Positions 13,281 through 21,512 of a stretch of 24,000 bases of DNA are shown piece by piece. Made by a program: the position numbers and the translations under genes. The stretch's first letter is position 1, and the number at the start of each line of letters is the position of its first letter. Origin of the DNA: Candidatus Caldarchaeum subterraneum (GTDB lineage: Archaea; Thermoproteota; Nitrososphaeria_A; Caldarchaeales; Caldarchaeaceae); the NCBI GenBank assembly GCA_000270325.1, contig BA000048.1, positions 1,315,494 through 1,339,493 of the forward strand. The letters are read 5' to 3'. The notes beneath the pieces were generated by a model. The model searched no databases. It was not told where the DNA came from and saw only the letters and a program-made list of their open reading frames with translations.

Positions 13281-16217
13281 TTGACGGAGAAAGTTAGGCA
13301 ACTGCTTGAGCAAGGGTTTCGACTGGGAGGAGAAACGCCGATTTCCTCGCCTAAGCCCTATGAAGCCAAATGGATGAGCAGATGGCGTGTAGACAGGGTT
13401 TTCGAAGCACAGCCTGAGCATGGGCGGCGAAAATTTTTCATCTGCGTTCCCTACTCTTACCAGAACGGGCCACTGCATCTCGGACATGGCTTCACATTCA
13501 CCCGTGGAGATGCTGTCGCACGCTACATGAGGATGAGAGGCTATAATGTTTTGTTTCCTTGGGCGTGGCACTGGACGGGTGAAGCTGTTGCCGGAACAAG
13601 CGAGAGACTGAAGAAGGGCGACGAATCAGTTAGACGGATGCTTCTCGAGATAGACGGCGTCCCCGAGAGTCTTCTCAGCAACTTCACCCATCCCGAGTTC
13701 ATCTGCGCCTACTACACCGCAGAGAACAGGAAGGTCGTGGACGCGATGGGCTGGTCGGTTGACTGGAGCCGCGAATTCCATACAACAGACCTACACCCCT
13801 ACTACAGCAGGTTCATCGAGTGGCAGTATCATGTGCTTAGGCGGAATGGATTGCTTGTTCAGGGACGGCATCCAGTTGTCTGGTGCCCCAAGTGTCAGAG
13901 CGCGACAGGCGACCACGACAGGCTGCGTGGAGAAGGCATCTACCCGGAGGAATACACCATGGTCTTCTTCGAGCTGGATGGGGTTAAGCTTGCCGCGGCT
14001 ACTCTGAGGCCCGAGACGATATTTGGTGTGACAAACGTCTGGATACATCCTGACGGCGTCTATCAAGTGGTTGAACGGAACGGCATCATGCTGCTGATGA
14101 GTAGGGAGGCTGTTGCGAAGCTGGGTGAGCAGCTTGGTCTCGGCAAAGTGGTGAAGGAGATGCATGGACGGGAGCTGCTGGGGAAATATGTGAAGTCACC
14201 GTTCACGGGCAGGGCTGTACCGATTCTGCCCGCTGAGTTTGTGGACGTCTCCCTTGGAACCGGCGTGGTTTACAGCGTGCCAGCACACGCACCCTACGAC
14301 TACATCGCCGTCAAAGAACTCAAAAACAACCCAGCCAAGATGCGGGAAAAAGGACTAGACCCCAAGCTCGTGGAAACTATACAGCCCATCAAGGTGATAG
14401 AGACACCGGGCCTCGGTGAACACCCGGCCGTGGATGCTGTCGAGAGAGCGAGAATAACCAGCCAACTGGATGAGAGGCTCGAGGAATTAACCAGAGACAT
14501 TTACTCCAAGGAGTTTTACTCGGGGAAGATGGTTGTCGACGAGTTTCGGGATGTCTCGGTCTCTGTCGCAAGGGAGAAGGTCATAGAGAGGCTGAGGCAG
14601 AACGGTGACGGTGATGTTTTCTACGATCTCTCAGGCAAGGTCATCTGCAGGTCAGGCGACGAATGCATAGTTAAGATTGTTGATGACCAGTGGTTTCTCA
14701 ACTTCTCCAACCCCGAGTGGAAGGCGAGAGTTAAGAGCCTCATCTCCTCGATGAATGTGTATCCTGAAGCTGCGCGGACATGGCTTCTGAACGTTGTCGA
14801 CTGGCTTCATGACTGGGCGTGTACACGGAAAACCGGTCTCGGAACACGTCTTCCATGGGACCCGTCCTGGATAATCGAGACACTCAGCGACTCAACCATC
14901 TATCCAGCCCTCTACACAATCAGCAAAATCCTCAACAAGTTCCCCGAGAAAGCGGCCAAACTAGGCGTCGATGTATTTGACTATGTTTTCCTCGGGTTGG
15001 GCGACCCACGCCAGCTAGCCGAGAAATACGGAATAGGGCAGGAGCATATCGAGTCCATGAGGAGAGAGTTTCTCTACTGGTATGGTGTGGACCTCCGTGT
15101 CTCGGGGAAAGACCTTGTCGCAAACCATCTCACTTTCTACCTCTTCCATCACACGGGAATTTTCGAGGAAAGGCACTGGCCACGTGGTGTGGCGGTGAAC
15201 GGCATGATAACCATCGAGGGAAACAAGATGTCGAAGAGCAGGGGAAACTTCGTGACACTCAAGCAAGCGCTCGCAAGACATGGAAGCGATGCGACAAGGC
15301 TTGCTCTCCTTCTCAGCGCAGAGGACCTCGACGACCCTGACTGGCGCGATAAAGCAGCCGAGGAAGCGGGCGCCTTCGTCAAAAACTTCCTATCAATCGT
15401 TGAAAAAATCGCGAAAGAGGCCAGTGATGACGTTGGGCCGTGTGATGAATGGCTTCTCGCGGCCACGGATAGAAGCTGTGAAATTGTTGCGGAGAATTTG
15501 GAGAAGCTGAAGACGAGGTCTGCCTGCAGCGAAGCGGTCTACGGCATGCTCAACAACTGGCGATGGTACATAAGGAGAAACAGGGATAGGATAACGCGTG
15601 CGGCCAAAGTTTTCGCCGAGAAATGGATTCTCATACTCTCACCATTCGCTCCCTTCGCCGCCGAAGAGGCGTGGGAGAAGCTCGGCATGAAGGGCTATGC
15701 TTCTCTACAGGAGTGGCCTAAACCCTCCACGGGCTCAGATAGAGGGAAGGTGCTTTTCTCCGAGATGGTGTTGGAGAGTTTGTTATCTGATGTACGGGAG
15801 GTTCTGGGGCTTGTGAAAGGCATTCCTGTCGAGGTCAAGCTATATCGTGCCGCTGCATGGAAAAACGAGGCCGCTAAGGTGATGCTCTCCAGCCAAGAGT
15901 CCAACGGTTTCGAGGCGGTGAAAAGAAACAGGCCCGAGCTATTTCGACGAGACCCCGCAACCATCCGAAAAATAGCCGACAACATCAGAGATTTGACACA
16001 GAAAGCATCATCGCACAAAGAGCAGCCAACAACCTTGGTGGCACAACTGCTGGAAAACGAGACAAAGCTCCTCAAAGAGCTTGCAGACTTCATCAAACAT
16101 GAGCTCAACATAGAAACAACTCTTCATGACGAAGAAGATGCGGTAGGCGACAGAGAAAAAGCAAAGGCTAGGCAAGCTCTTCCGCTTAAACCAGCCATCT
16201 ACGTTTTGGCGAAATGA
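13281..16217 (+). CDS. leuS: Leucyl-tRNA synthetase (archaeal type)
   Basis: 978 aa. It has the class I HIGH motif (PLHLGHGFTF), the KMSKS motif (GNKMSKSRGNF), an archaeal LeuRS-like N-terminus (YEAKWMSRWRVDRVFEA) and a large CP1/editing insertion. TTG 13281 is the only start that retains the conserved N-terminal block. Confidence 0.92.
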   Translation: MTEKVRQLLEQGFRLGGETPISSPKPYEAKWMSRWRVDRVFEAQPEHGRRKFFICVPYSYQNGPLHLGHGFTFTRGDAVARYMRMRGYNVLFPWAWHWTGEAVAGTSERLKKGDESVRRMLLEIDGVPESLLSNFTHPEFICAYYTAENRKVVDAMGWSVDWSREFHTTDLHPYYSRFIEWQYHVLRRNGLLVQGRHPVVWCPKCQSATGDHDRLRGEGIYPEEYTMVFFELDGVKLAAATLRPETIFGVTNVWIHPDGVYQVVERNGIMLLMSREAVAKLGEQLGLGKVVKEMHGRELLGKYVKSPFTGRAVPILPAEFVDVSLGTGVVYSVPAHAPYDYIAVKELKNNPAKMREKGLDPKLVETIQPIKVIETPGLGEHPAVDAVERARITSQLDERLEELTRDIYSKEFYSGKMVVDEFRDVSVSVAREKVIERLRQNGDGDVFYDLSGKVICRSGDECIVKIVDDQWFLNFSNPEWKARVKSLISSMNVYPEAARTWLLNVVDWLHDWACTRKTGLGTRLPWDPSWIIETLSDSTIYPALYTISKILNKFPEKAAKLGVDVFDYVFLGLGDPRQLAEKYGIGQEHIESMRREFLYWYGVDLRVSGKDLVANHLTFYLFHHTGIFEERHWPRGVAVNGMITIEGNKMSKSRGNFVTLKQALARHGSDATRLALLLSAEDLDDPDWRDKAAEEAGAFVKNFLSIVEKIAKEASDDVGPCDEWLLAATDRSCEIVAENLEKLKTRSACSEAVYGMLNNWRWYIRRNRDRITRAAKVFAEKWILILSPFAPFAAEEAWEKLGMKGYASLQEWPKPSTGSDRGKVLFSEMVLESLLSDVREVLGLVKGIPVEVKLYRAAAWKNEAAKVMLSSQESNGFEAVKRNRPELFRRDPATIRKIADNIRDLTQKASSHKEQPTTLVAQLLENETKLLKELADFIKHELNIETTLHDEEDAVGDREKAKARQALPLKPAIYVLAK

Positions 16218-16570
16218 CGCAAACACGGATACTCTTCGTAATCCTCTCAGGCCCCAACGACTTTGAGAAAGCGAGACAGGGCCTCCGCATCGCCAGAAAC
16301 ATAGCCAAGGAAAAAATCGCAACCGAGGTAAAACTTCTGTTCGTCGGCCCCGGAACCACTCTCCTCGACCCAGACAACCAACACTACGACATAGTCAAAC
16401 ACTATGCAACAGAGCTGAACCAAGCGGGAGCAAGATGCACCGTTTGCGCAGGAAACCTCCGCGTCTACAAACTTGAGGAAAAAATAGACAAAAACCTCTT
16501 CATAGCCGACGACTCCACCGCCGTCGTCGCCGAAGCTGCGTTGAACGGCTTCACCATCCTCACCTTCTAA
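16214..16570 (+). CDS. DsrE/DsrF-like (sulfur-relay fold) family protein
   Basis: 118 aa: MTQTRILFVILSGPNDFEKARQGLRIARNIA...VKLLFVGPG...AGARCTVCAGNLRVY...TILTF. It shows the DsrE-family pattern of an N-terminal beta-strand plus SGP, and a conserved Cys region. Its ATG overlaps the leuS stop (ATGA). Confidence 0.6.
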   Translation: MTQTRILFVILSGPNDFEKARQGLRIARNIAKEKIATEVKLLFVGPGTTLLDPDNQHYDIVKHYATELNQAGARCTVCAGNLRVYKLEEKIDKNLFIADDSTAVVAEAALNGFTILTF

Positions 16571-16995
16571 ACACCGCCGTCTCGGAGCACAGCGCGGGAA
16601 ACCCACCCCGTCTCAGATTTTCTTAACCACTGCTTTTCGACAATTTTTTCCGCCTCCCTCCTCAGCTTCTCAAACAGCTGTTCATCTCCACACAGTAACC
16701 TACCTTCCAAAACAGCGTCCAAAACCAAGGTGTTAAGACGACTCAGCTCCTCAAACACTTCATCAACAGTGTAGTTAAAGATTTGCGCAGGCCACTTCAA
16801 AACAACCCTGTCACCCCGCCGTTTCTTTATCACGAGAAGATCATAGTCACTAAGCGGTGTCTCTTCACCACGAGCCCGCGACCCAAACAAAATCACAAGA
16901 AGAGAATCTCCACATAGTTCATCCTTGATCGCCTCAAACTCTTTCTCCTTCAACGTGGACAATTTCCTAGATATGTTCACCCAATTCGTCGACAT
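16567..16995 (-). CDS. Minimal nucleotidyltransferase (MNT) domain protein, partner of HEPN
   Basis: 142 aa with the NTase signature LFGSRARGEETPLSDYDLLV (G-S-x10-D-x-D). It lies 6 nt downstream of the HEPN gene on the same strand. Confidence 0.8.
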   Translation of the reverse strand: MSTNWVNISRKLSTLKEKEFEAIKDELCGDSLLVILFGSRARGEETPLSDYDLLVIKKRRGDRVVLKWPAQIFNYTVDEVFEELSRLNTLVLDAVLEGRLLCGDEQLFEKLRREAEKIVEKQWLRKSETGWVSRAVLRDGGV

Positions 16996-17001
16996 ACCTG
17001 A

Positions 17002-17326
17002 TTATCCTCCGCATGCATAGTCCACTACCCCTGTGTCTGGGTATCTCGCCGCAGCATAATGTCTCTCCAGCTTGGACGCACAGATTAGTAAATCCTGAGG
17101 GACCTCCTTTTGAAATATAATCGAAAGGGTGTTCAGCATCTCTGTTATGGAGTGAGTGTATGGTCTTGCTCCCGTTCTCTTTACAAGCAACCCTTTAAGA
17201 AGCATTTCCACTGATTGCTGTGCAAAAAAAAGAAGCTGAATCATAACGGCCCAGCCGGAAATCATCCTCGGCATATCTGATGAATCTCCTCGCCTTCTCA
17301 AACCATGTTTCCCATATCCCCAAGCC
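17002..17326 (-). pseudogene. HEPN domain protein, reading frame broken by +1 nt in a T8 (plus-strand A8) homopolymer
   Basis: The C-terminal frame (track ORF 17002..17334) gives AQQSVEMLLKGLLVKRTGARPYTHSITEMLN...KLERHYAAARYPD, a HEPN core. The canonical HEPN N-terminus WFEKARRFIRYAEDDFRLGRYDSASFF is encoded from TTG 17326 in a different frame and terminates shortly after the A-run at 17224-17231. Removing one base gives a continuous 108-aa HEPN protein. Confidence 0.8.
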
Positions 17327-17464
17327 ATCATCAACTTCAGGTTAAGTGAGTTAAAGACGTTGCGCCATATGTAAACTGCCTGCCCATGTTGTTGCGTAGC
17401 AAATATGTCTGCTGTGCTGAATGAACAGCCCAGCCTTCGTAATGCTTATTTATGATGGATTAGC

Positions 17465-18526
17465 ATGAATTGTTGCGCCATGGTTGCGGTTAGAGTATTG
17501 GGTGTGGCCGTGGTCTTCCTCGTGATAGGTCTCGTCGCCGGAATTTTCATCAGCCCCATCGTGATGCCGCCTCCACGAACCGAGGTTGTCTCGATAAAGT
17601 TTGTCCTCGACTGGGCGATTCAAGGACCTCAGGCGCCGTTCGTTGTGGCCCTTGAGAAGGGCTACTTTGCGCAGGAGGGGTTAGCGGTTATCGTGGACAG
17701 AGGCTATGGCTCAGCCGACGCGGTCACAAAAGTGGCTTCAGGCGCGTACCAAATGGGTTACGGAAGCCTCGACGCCATGATAGAGTTTAACGTCAAAAAC
17801 CCTGGAAAAGAGTTGATAGCAGTATACATCGTCCTCAACAACCCGCCCTACTCGGTTATAACGCTCAAAGGCAAGGGAATCAACTCGCCGAAAGATTTGG
17901 AGGGCAAGAAGATTGGTGCGCCCGAGGGCGACGCGCCGAGGCGGCTTTTCCCAGTCTTCGCCAAAGCAACAGGCATAGACCCCAACAAGGTTGAATGGGT
18001 CAGCATGTCTCCGCCTCTGAGAGAGCCATCACTCGTAAAAGGGGAGGTAGACGCCATAACAGGGTTCTACTTCACAGGCTACCTCAACCTCCTCGCCCTA
18101 AACGTAAACCCCAACGACATAATTGCTTTCAAGTACACTGATTACGGTGTGGAGCTCTATGGAAACGCGATAATGGTGAGGAAAGACTTTATGCAGCAGT
18201 ATCCCGACGCCGTGGCAAAGTTTGTCCGAGCCGTCAACCGAGCCTTCAAAGAAGTCATAGCCAACCCAGAGATGGCCGCTGACTTTGTTAAACAACGTGA
18301 CCCGCTTGTCGACAGAAACGTTGAGCTCGAGAGACTAAAACTCGCCATCAAGGACAACATGGTGACGGAAGAGGTTAAGAGAAACGGTCTGGGAGCAGTT
18401 GACAGGGCACGGCTTGAGAGAGCCATCAAAAGCGTCGTCGACGCCTTCGGTCTCCCGAGAACCCCCTCGGTCGACGAGGTGTTTACCGACAGGTTCCTGC
18501 CGCCGAAAGAAGAGCGCACAATCTAA
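17465..18526 (+). CDS. ABC transporter substrate-binding protein, NMT1/THI5-like (NitT/TauT family), membrane-anchored
   Basis: 353 aa. An N-terminal TM anchor (VLGVAVVFLVIGLVAGIFISP) is followed by an SsuA/TauA/NMT1-like periplasmic-binding fold (KFVLDWAIQGPQAPFVVALEKGYFAQEGL..., GKKIGAPEGDAPR). The start could be ATG 17480, given the TTATTTAT box at ~17446. Confidence 0.75.
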   Translation: MNCCAMVAVRVLGVAVVFLVIGLVAGIFISPIVMPPPRTEVVSIKFVLDWAIQGPQAPFVVALEKGYFAQEGLAVIVDRGYGSADAVTKVASGAYQMGYGSLDAMIEFNVKNPGKELIAVYIVLNNPPYSVITLKGKGINSPKDLEGKKIGAPEGDAPRRLFPVFAKATGIDPNKVEWVSMSPPLREPSLVKGEVDAITGFYFTGYLNLLALNVNPNDIIAFKYTDYGVELYGNAIMVRKDFMQQYPDAVAKFVRAVNRAFKEVIANPEMAADFVKQRDPLVDRNVELERLKLAIKDNMVTEEVKRNGLGAVDRARLERAIKSVVDAFGLPRTPSVDEVFTDRFLPPKEERTI

Positions 18527-18559
18527 AAACCACCACATTTTTATCCATGTGGGAAACGT

Positions 18560-19345
18560 TTGATAGAGGTTAGAAACGTCAGCCTCAGATATGTCTCCAA
18601 GTCTGGGTTTAGAACATTAAACGAGCTTGAGGCCCTGCGAAACGTCAACCTCGTAGTTGAAAAAGGCAGCTTCACATCGATAGTGGGCCCAAGTGGATGC
18701 GGCAAAACCACAATCCTAAAAATCGTCTCAGGGCTTATCCAACCAAGCGAAGGCGAGGTCTACATCAATAGAAAAAAAGTGGAGAAACCTCTGCCAATCG
18801 TTGGAATGGCTTTCCAAAACCCCGTGCTTCTCCCGTGGCGCTCCGTCCTGCAGAATATTCTCCTTCCTCTCGAGGTTGTGGAGCCCCACAGGTCTCAACT
18901 CCAGAAAAACCGAAGCATCTATGTCGATAAGGCTTTGCAGCTGCTCAGGCTTGTGGGCCTCGAGGGATTCGCGGACAAAAAGCCATGGGAGCTCTCGGGA
19001 GGCATGCAGCAGCGCGTCTCACTCTGCAGAGCCCTAATACACGACCCCGAGATACTTCTGCTCGACGAGCCTTTCGGAGCCCTCGACCTCTTCACCCGCG
19101 AAGAACTCTGGAATGTGCTCCAGAACCTTTGGCTTCAAACACGATGCACAGTCTTGATGGTGACACATGACCTCAGAGAAGCCATCTACCTCTCAGACAT
19201 GATCTATGTCATGAGCAAACGGCCTGGAACAGTTATCGGCACGATGGTGTCTGACTATCCACGGCCCAGGGCGATAGACATCACGTATGAGGAGCGTTTC
19301 GTGGACCAGATGCACAGGCTTCGTGAAATGATTCAGGTGAAGTAG
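18560..19345 (+). CDS. ABC transporter ATP-binding protein (NitT/TauT family)
   Basis: 261 aa with Walker A GPSGCGKTT, Q-loop, signature LSGGMQQRVSL, Walker B LLLDEPFGALD and H-loop VTHD. TTG start (MIEVRNVSLRY). Confidence 0.9.
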   Translation: MIEVRNVSLRYVSKSGFRTLNELEALRNVNLVVEKGSFTSIVGPSGCGKTTILKIVSGLIQPSEGEVYINRKKVEKPLPIVGMAFQNPVLLPWRSVLQNILLPLEVVEPHRSQLQKNRSIYVDKALQLLRLVGLEGFADKKPWELSGGMQQRVSLCRALIHDPEILLLDEPFGALDLFTREELWNVLQNLWLQTRCTVLMVTHDLREAIYLSDMIYVMSKRPGTVIGTMVSDYPRPRAIDITYEERFVDQMHRLREMIQVK

Positions 19346-20125
19346 ATGTCGAAGCAGTCTCTTTCCTCCCTGTTTGTCTCAGCAGTTAAAGATTACGCGT
19401 TACCGACAGCGGTCTTCGCCGGATTCTTTCTTCTATGGGAGGCAGTAACCAGAATCTTCGCTATTCCAGAGTTTATACTTCCATCTCCTTCGAGAACTGT
19501 AGAGGTTATGCTCGCCAACTTCCCAATCATCATCCGCCATTCCTACGCAACTCTTGAAGCCACCTTGATAGGTTTCGGGCTTTCAATAGTTTTCGGCCTC
19601 CTGCTTGGATTAGCTGTCGGATACTCGTCGATAATCTACCGAGCCGTGTACCCGCTTCTAGTCGCTTTCAACACCATCCCCAAGGTGGCCATCGTCCCAA
19701 TTCTGGTGATATGGTTCGGCATAGGGAAGGTGCCCGCGGTTCTCACAGCTTTCCTAATCTCCTTCTTCCCCATAGTTGTGAACGTGGCTGTCGCACTCGC
19801 AACAATAGAACCCGAGATAAGAGATGTCCTCCGCTCCCTAGGCGCCTCGAAAACACAGCTGTTCGTAAAGATAGGTGTGCCGAGGTCGATGCCCTATTTC
19901 TTCGGCTCATTAAAAGTAGCATCCACACTGGCTTTTGTCGGAGCAGTCATCTCCGAATCCGTCGCAAGCAACGAGGGAACAGGATACCTCATGATAGCCG
20001 CCTCATCCCGCTTCGACGTCCCACTAGTCTTCGCAGGCCTCCTCGTAATCTCCTTCATAGGAATCAGCCTCTTCCTCGTCTTCGCCCTCCTCGAAAAACG
20101 ACTCGTCGGATGGGCCTACAGATAA
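19346..20125 (+). CDS. ABC transporter permease (NitT/TauT family)
   Basis: 259 aa with ~6 TM helices and a BPD-transport EAA-like loop (LGASKTQLFVKIGVPRSMPYFFGSLKV). The ATG directly abuts the stop of the ATPase gene. Confidence 0.85.
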   Translation: MSKQSLSSLFVSAVKDYALPTAVFAGFFLLWEAVTRIFAIPEFILPSPSRTVEVMLANFPIIIRHSYATLEATLIGFGLSIVFGLLLGLAVGYSSIIYRAVYPLLVAFNTIPKVAIVPILVIWFGIGKVPAVLTAFLISFFPIVVNVAVALATIEPEIRDVLRSLGASKTQLFVKIGVPRSMPYFFGSLKVASTLAFVGAVISESVASNEGTGYLMIAASSRFDVPLVFAGLLVISFIGISLFLVFALLEKRLVGWAYR

Positions 20126-20166
20126 TGAAAGCTCAAATACTCCACACCGTTTTTCATCAACCGTAA

Positions 20167-20241
20167 GGGCCCGTGGCGCAGAATGGATAGCGCACCGGCC
20201 TTCTAAGTCGGGGGTCGTGGGTTCAAGTCCCACCGGGCCCG
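20167..20241 (+). tRNA. tRNA-Arg (anticodon UCU)
   Basis: GGGCCCGTGGCGCAGAATGGATAGCGCACCGGCCTTCTAAGTCGGGGGTCGTGGGTTCAAGTCCCACCGGGCCCG. It forms a cloverleaf with anticodon loop CUUCUAA. Its acceptor stem, D loop and T arm are identical to those of the tRNA-Arg(GCG) at 11835-11909. CCA is not encoded. Confidence 0.9.
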
Positions 20242-20248
20242 TGTATGC

Positions 20249-20271
20249 GACGTCTACGGGACGTCTTTTTT
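20249..20271 (+). terminator. Hairpin + T6 downstream of tRNA-Arg(UCU)
   Basis: GACGTC-TACGG-GACGTC forms a 6-bp perfect stem and is followed immediately by TTTTTT (20266-20271). Confidence 0.5.
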
Positions 20272-20310
20272 GTACAGCAGCTTACAATAGAGGCGTCGCT
20301 GCGGCGTCTC

Positions 20311-20718
20311 CTATAGGTAGCCTATTACGGCGAGGGTTGGGTATCTGTTGATGAATTCCGTGACTAGGGGTTTGTAGGTGTAGGGCTGGTTGCCAACGCG
20401 TGGTAGTGTTCTGAGGCCCATTAGTATGCGGAACGCCTCCGCCTCTGAGCCTCTTGCCTTGACGATGTATGTGGATTCCCCCAGCTCAGGGTTTTTCGCG
20501 AAGACGATTGGGAGGTAGAGGTTCTCAGAAACCTCTCTCGGCAGTTTTCTCAGCAGCTCTTCAAGTTCTTTTTTGTCGAAGTAGTGGAGCCCTCCTCCGA
20601 CTGTTTCAACAGAAGGTTTCTCCATCTCCAACAGTGTTGACAGCTTCTCGGCTCGGCGGGGGAGAGCGTCGTTTACATGTCTCATCGTCTCGGCCAGCCA
20701 ATCATCTACGAAAGACAT
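20311..20718 (-). CDS. UPF0216 / DUF61 family archaeal protein
   Basis: 135 aa. The pattern ...INDALPRRAEKLSTLLEMEKPSVETVGGGLHYFDKKELEELLRKLP...LYLPIVF...YIVKARG...YKPLVTEFINRYPTLAVIGYL matches my recollection of the conserved UPF0216 layout, including the C-terminal YPT motif. Confidence 0.6.
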   Translation of the reverse strand: MSFVDDWLAETMRHVNDALPRRAEKLSTLLEMEKPSVETVGGGLHYFDKKELEELLRKLPREVSENLYLPIVFAKNPELGESTYIVKARGSEAEAFRILMGLRTLPRVGNQPYTYKPLVTEFINRYPTLAVIGYL

Positions 20719-20743
20719 CTAGTCCCCTTTGTCAGCCGCGTGT

Positions 20744-20757
20744 AAAAAGTATATAGG
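20744..20757. promoter_or_regulatory. Shared, near-symmetric TATA element between divergent genes
   Basis: AAAAAGTATATAGG has its TATATA core at 20750-20755. The core lies ~34 nt from the minus-strand ATG (20718) and ~28 nt from the plus-strand ATG (20781). It is the only AT-rich element in the 62-nt spacer. Confidence 0.4.
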
Positions 20758-20780
20758 GCGAGGTGAGATAACCGGGTTTG

Positions 20781-21089
20781 ATGAACCTGCAGATTGACCA
20801 GTCAACTGTTCTCGCGGTTATATGGTTTTTCATAGGGTTCGGGGCTGGTCTAGCGTTGCTGCGTTTCTGGAAAGTGTTGATTCTGGTTGTGGTTTTAGCG
20901 GTTTTGCTGCCCTTTATCATATCACTCGCGGGTGTAAGCTCACCGCTTACCCCCGAACAGGTGATCGCCGCGTTTTTCAACGGCGTCAACCTCCTAGCCT
21001 CGCTGCTTGCTTCAAACAACTACTCAGCCCTCGGGTTTATCGTGGGAGTCATCCTCGGCTTGTTAACCTATGCTCTACGGTCGAGATAA
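20781..21089 (+). CDS. Small hypothetical membrane protein (3 TM)
   Basis: 102 aa from ATG 20781 (the track starts at TTG 20778). Hydrophobic helices: VLAVIWFFIGFGAGLALL, VLILVVVLAVLLPFIISLAG, ALGFIVGVILGLLTYAL. I recognise no family. Confidence 0.5.
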   Translation: MNLQIDQSTVLAVIWFFIGFGAGLALLRFWKVLILVVVLAVLLPFIISLAGVSSPLTPEQVIAAFFNGVNLLASLLASNNYSALGFIVGVILGLLTYALRSR

Positions 21090-21125
21090 TGCAAAGCTTA
21101 AATGAGGTGAAGCAGGTCGTCATGC

Positions 21126-21512
21126 ATGAGGAAGGAGATCATCTTCACGGAGAAGGCTCCCAAGCCGATAGGGCCGTATTCGCAGGCTGTTCGGGTTGGC
21201 GATTTTCTTTTCCTCTCAGGCATGGTTGCGATAAACCCCGCGACAGGAAAGGTCGAGGAAACCGATATTAGGTCCCAGACTAGACGGGTTATGGAGAACG
21301 CCAAAGCCATACTCGAGGCTGCGGGCCTGTCTTTCGAACATGTCGTAAAAGCTACGGTTTATCTGGCGAACCCCGATGACTTTGCGGCGATGAACGAGGT
21401 ATACAGCCAATATTTTCCACAGAATCCACCGGCTCGAACAACTGTTGCGGTACATTTTCCGCGGAAAGAGTTTCTGGTGGAGATTGACTTTATCGCTTAC
21501 ATGGGGCGGTGA
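21126..21512 (+). CDS. ridA: RidA/YjgF/L-PSP family reactive-intermediate (enamine/imine) deaminase
   Basis: 128 aa with KAPKPIGPYSQAVRVGDFLFLSGMVAINPATGK..., PARTTVAV and VEIDFIA, the canonical RidA family motifs. Confidence 0.88.
   Translation: MRKEIIFTEKAPKPIGPYSQAVRVGDFLFLSGMVAINPATGKVEETDIRSQTRRVMENAKAILEAAGLSFEHVVKATVYLANPDDFAAMNEVYSQYFPQNPPARTTVAVHFPRKEFLVEIDFIAYMGR

Noticed and set aside
16247-16606. Minus-strand 119-aa ORF antisense to the DsrE-like gene.
   Set aside because: The plus-strand ORF has the DsrE-family pattern and an ATGA coupling to leuS. The antisense ORF has no features.
19711-20233. ORF 19711..20166 (plus strand, 151 aa) and ORF 20024..20233 (minus strand, 69 aa).
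   Set aside because: The first is an alternate frame of the ABC permease. The second overlaps both the permease 3' end and tRNA-Arg(UCU). Both have Arg/Pro-rich or acidic low-complexity translations.
20292-20310. Short direct repeat GGCGTC-n5-GGCGTC, together with the nearby GACGTC palindromes downstream of the tRNA.
   Set aside because: It is too short and isolated to call a repeat element or att site. The GACGTC pair is already explained as a terminator hairpin. There is no integrase or other mobile-element gene next to the tRNA.
20822-21310. ORFs 20822..21271 (plus strand), 20732..21019 (minus strand) and 21098..21310 (minus strand).
   Set aside because: They overlap the small membrane-protein gene and ridA in other frames or antisense, and have no motif support.
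21490-21512. Convergent 3'-end overlaps of gene pairs: RidA/LutBA 23 nt, E1-alpha/DUF35 17 nt at 4589-4605, and DsrE/MNT 4 nt at 16567-16570.
   Set aside because: This is ordinary for compact archaeal genomes. There is no evidence from sequence alone of regulatory antisense function.
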